Source: Nostoc sp.
GTDB taxonomy: Bacteria > Cyanobacteriota > Cyanobacteriia > Cyanobacteriales > Nostocaceae
DNA length: 64,000 bases
NCBI GenBank assembly: GCA_036918135.1
Contig: JBALDB010000056.1
Span: 288,001-352,000 of the forward strand
Reading direction: 5' to 3'
Under the pieces are notes generated by a model. That model ran no database searches. It saw only the letters and a list, made by a program, of their open reading frames with translations, and had not been told where the DNA came from. Below, piece after piece: positions 63,225 through 64,000 of the stretch; the stretch's first letter is position 1; every line of letters starts with the position of its first letter. Position numbers and translations under genes: made by a program.

Positions 63225-64000
63225 ATGAACGCTGGTTGTTTAACCATCAAAGAACTTACCGAAGTAGTTGGTGGCGGTTTGACTCCGCGCATGGTGCGAC
63301 ATTACCATCAATTGGGACTGCTACCGCAACCAGTACGATCGCCTAGCAATTACCGTCTCTACACCCAAAAAGATGTCCTGCGGTTGCAAAGGATTGTCGC
63401 ACTCAAGCAACAAGGGTTTCAGCTAAATCATATCCGTCACATTTTGGAAGTGGAACCAGAAGCCGACACAAATCAAAATCTGATGGTGCAACTTCAACAG
63501 CAATATCGAGCGGTAATGCAACAAATTTCCCAACTGCGGCAAACTGCATCAGCATTAGAAGGATTATTAGGACGCGATCGCCATTGTCAACTTATGCAGG
63601 CGGAAGTCTTAGCACAACTAAAGTTACTCGATGTGGAAACCCAAGCCGGATTGGGGGGACTGGAAAAATTGTGGAGTGGTTTGGATGCTGAAATTCATAG
63701 ACACTCAGAGGCTTTTTCGGAATCGCTGCAACTTTTATTACCTGATTTATCTCACCGTTCGGAAATCGAACAACACTTAATTTCTCAGCTGGTTTTGGCT
63801 TGTGGAGATGTCAGCTTGGTGTCTTTTGTTAAGTTGAGTCGAGATGCGATCGCAGCTAGTCGAGAAGCTTTATCTGCAAGCTGTCAAATAGTTGTCGATA
63901 CCCAAACTGTGGCTGCTGCGTTGGATAAAACTCGGTTATTTCACTTGGGATGTCGCATTGAAACTTTGATTGATAATCCTCATATTACTACTGCTACAGA
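63225..64000 (+). CDS. coaR: MerR-family regulator fused to a precorrin isomerase (CobH)-like domain (CoaR/CorR-like); runs off the window end
   Basis: TIKELTEVVGGGLTPRMVRHYHQLGLL...NYRLY MerR HTH, then LVLACGD...IVVDTQTVAAAL CobH-like region. Confidence 0.75.
   Translation, partial: MNAGCLTIKELTEVVGGGLTPRMVRHYHQLGLLPQPVRSPSNYRLYTQKDVLRLQRIVALKQQGFQLNHIRHILEVEPEADTNQNLMVQLQQQYRAVMQQISQLRQTASALEGLLGRDRHCQLMQAEVLAQLKLLDVETQAGLGGLEKLWSGLDAEIHRHSEAFSESLQLLLPDLSHRSEIEQHLISQLVLACGDVSLVSFVKLSRDAIAASREALSASCQIVVDTQTVAAALDKTRLFHLGCRIETLIDNPHITTAT

Overview
Chromosomal window from a filamentous, Nostocales-like cyanobacterium, judged from abundant HIP1 (GCGATCGC) sites, STRR/SDR repeats and the cikA-cobN-furA-sigC-gpsA-lipA gene order. 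Housekeeping flanks (1-25.8 kb and 53-64 kb) enclose a ~27 kb accessory island at tRNA-Pro(CGG). The island's main part is an apparently complete type V-K CRISPR-associated transposon (CAST, 25874-44425). It carries left and right ends, a 7-repeat array, a 17-nt tRNA-Pro homing spacer, tracrRNA, cas12k, an unannotated 54-aa ribbon-helix-helix repressor and tnsB-tnsC-tniQ. Its cargo is defence-related: a type I R-M locus with an embedded broken Schlafen/AlbA_2 gene and tandem repeats, an Xre module and a broken Avs/STAND-like gene. The most unusual cargo item is a circularly permuted tRNA-mimic RNA gene (YrlA/Y-RNA-like) with its own promoter and terminator and no Ro60/Rsr gene in the window. 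The CAST has no target-site duplication. Its right end abuts a decayed DISARM-like helicase/methyltransferase/DUF1998 locus. That locus ends in the relic of a second, older CAST whose tnsB and tniQ are fused in frame exactly at a HIP1 octamer. All calls come from reading the sequence and motifs by eye; no database searches were run.
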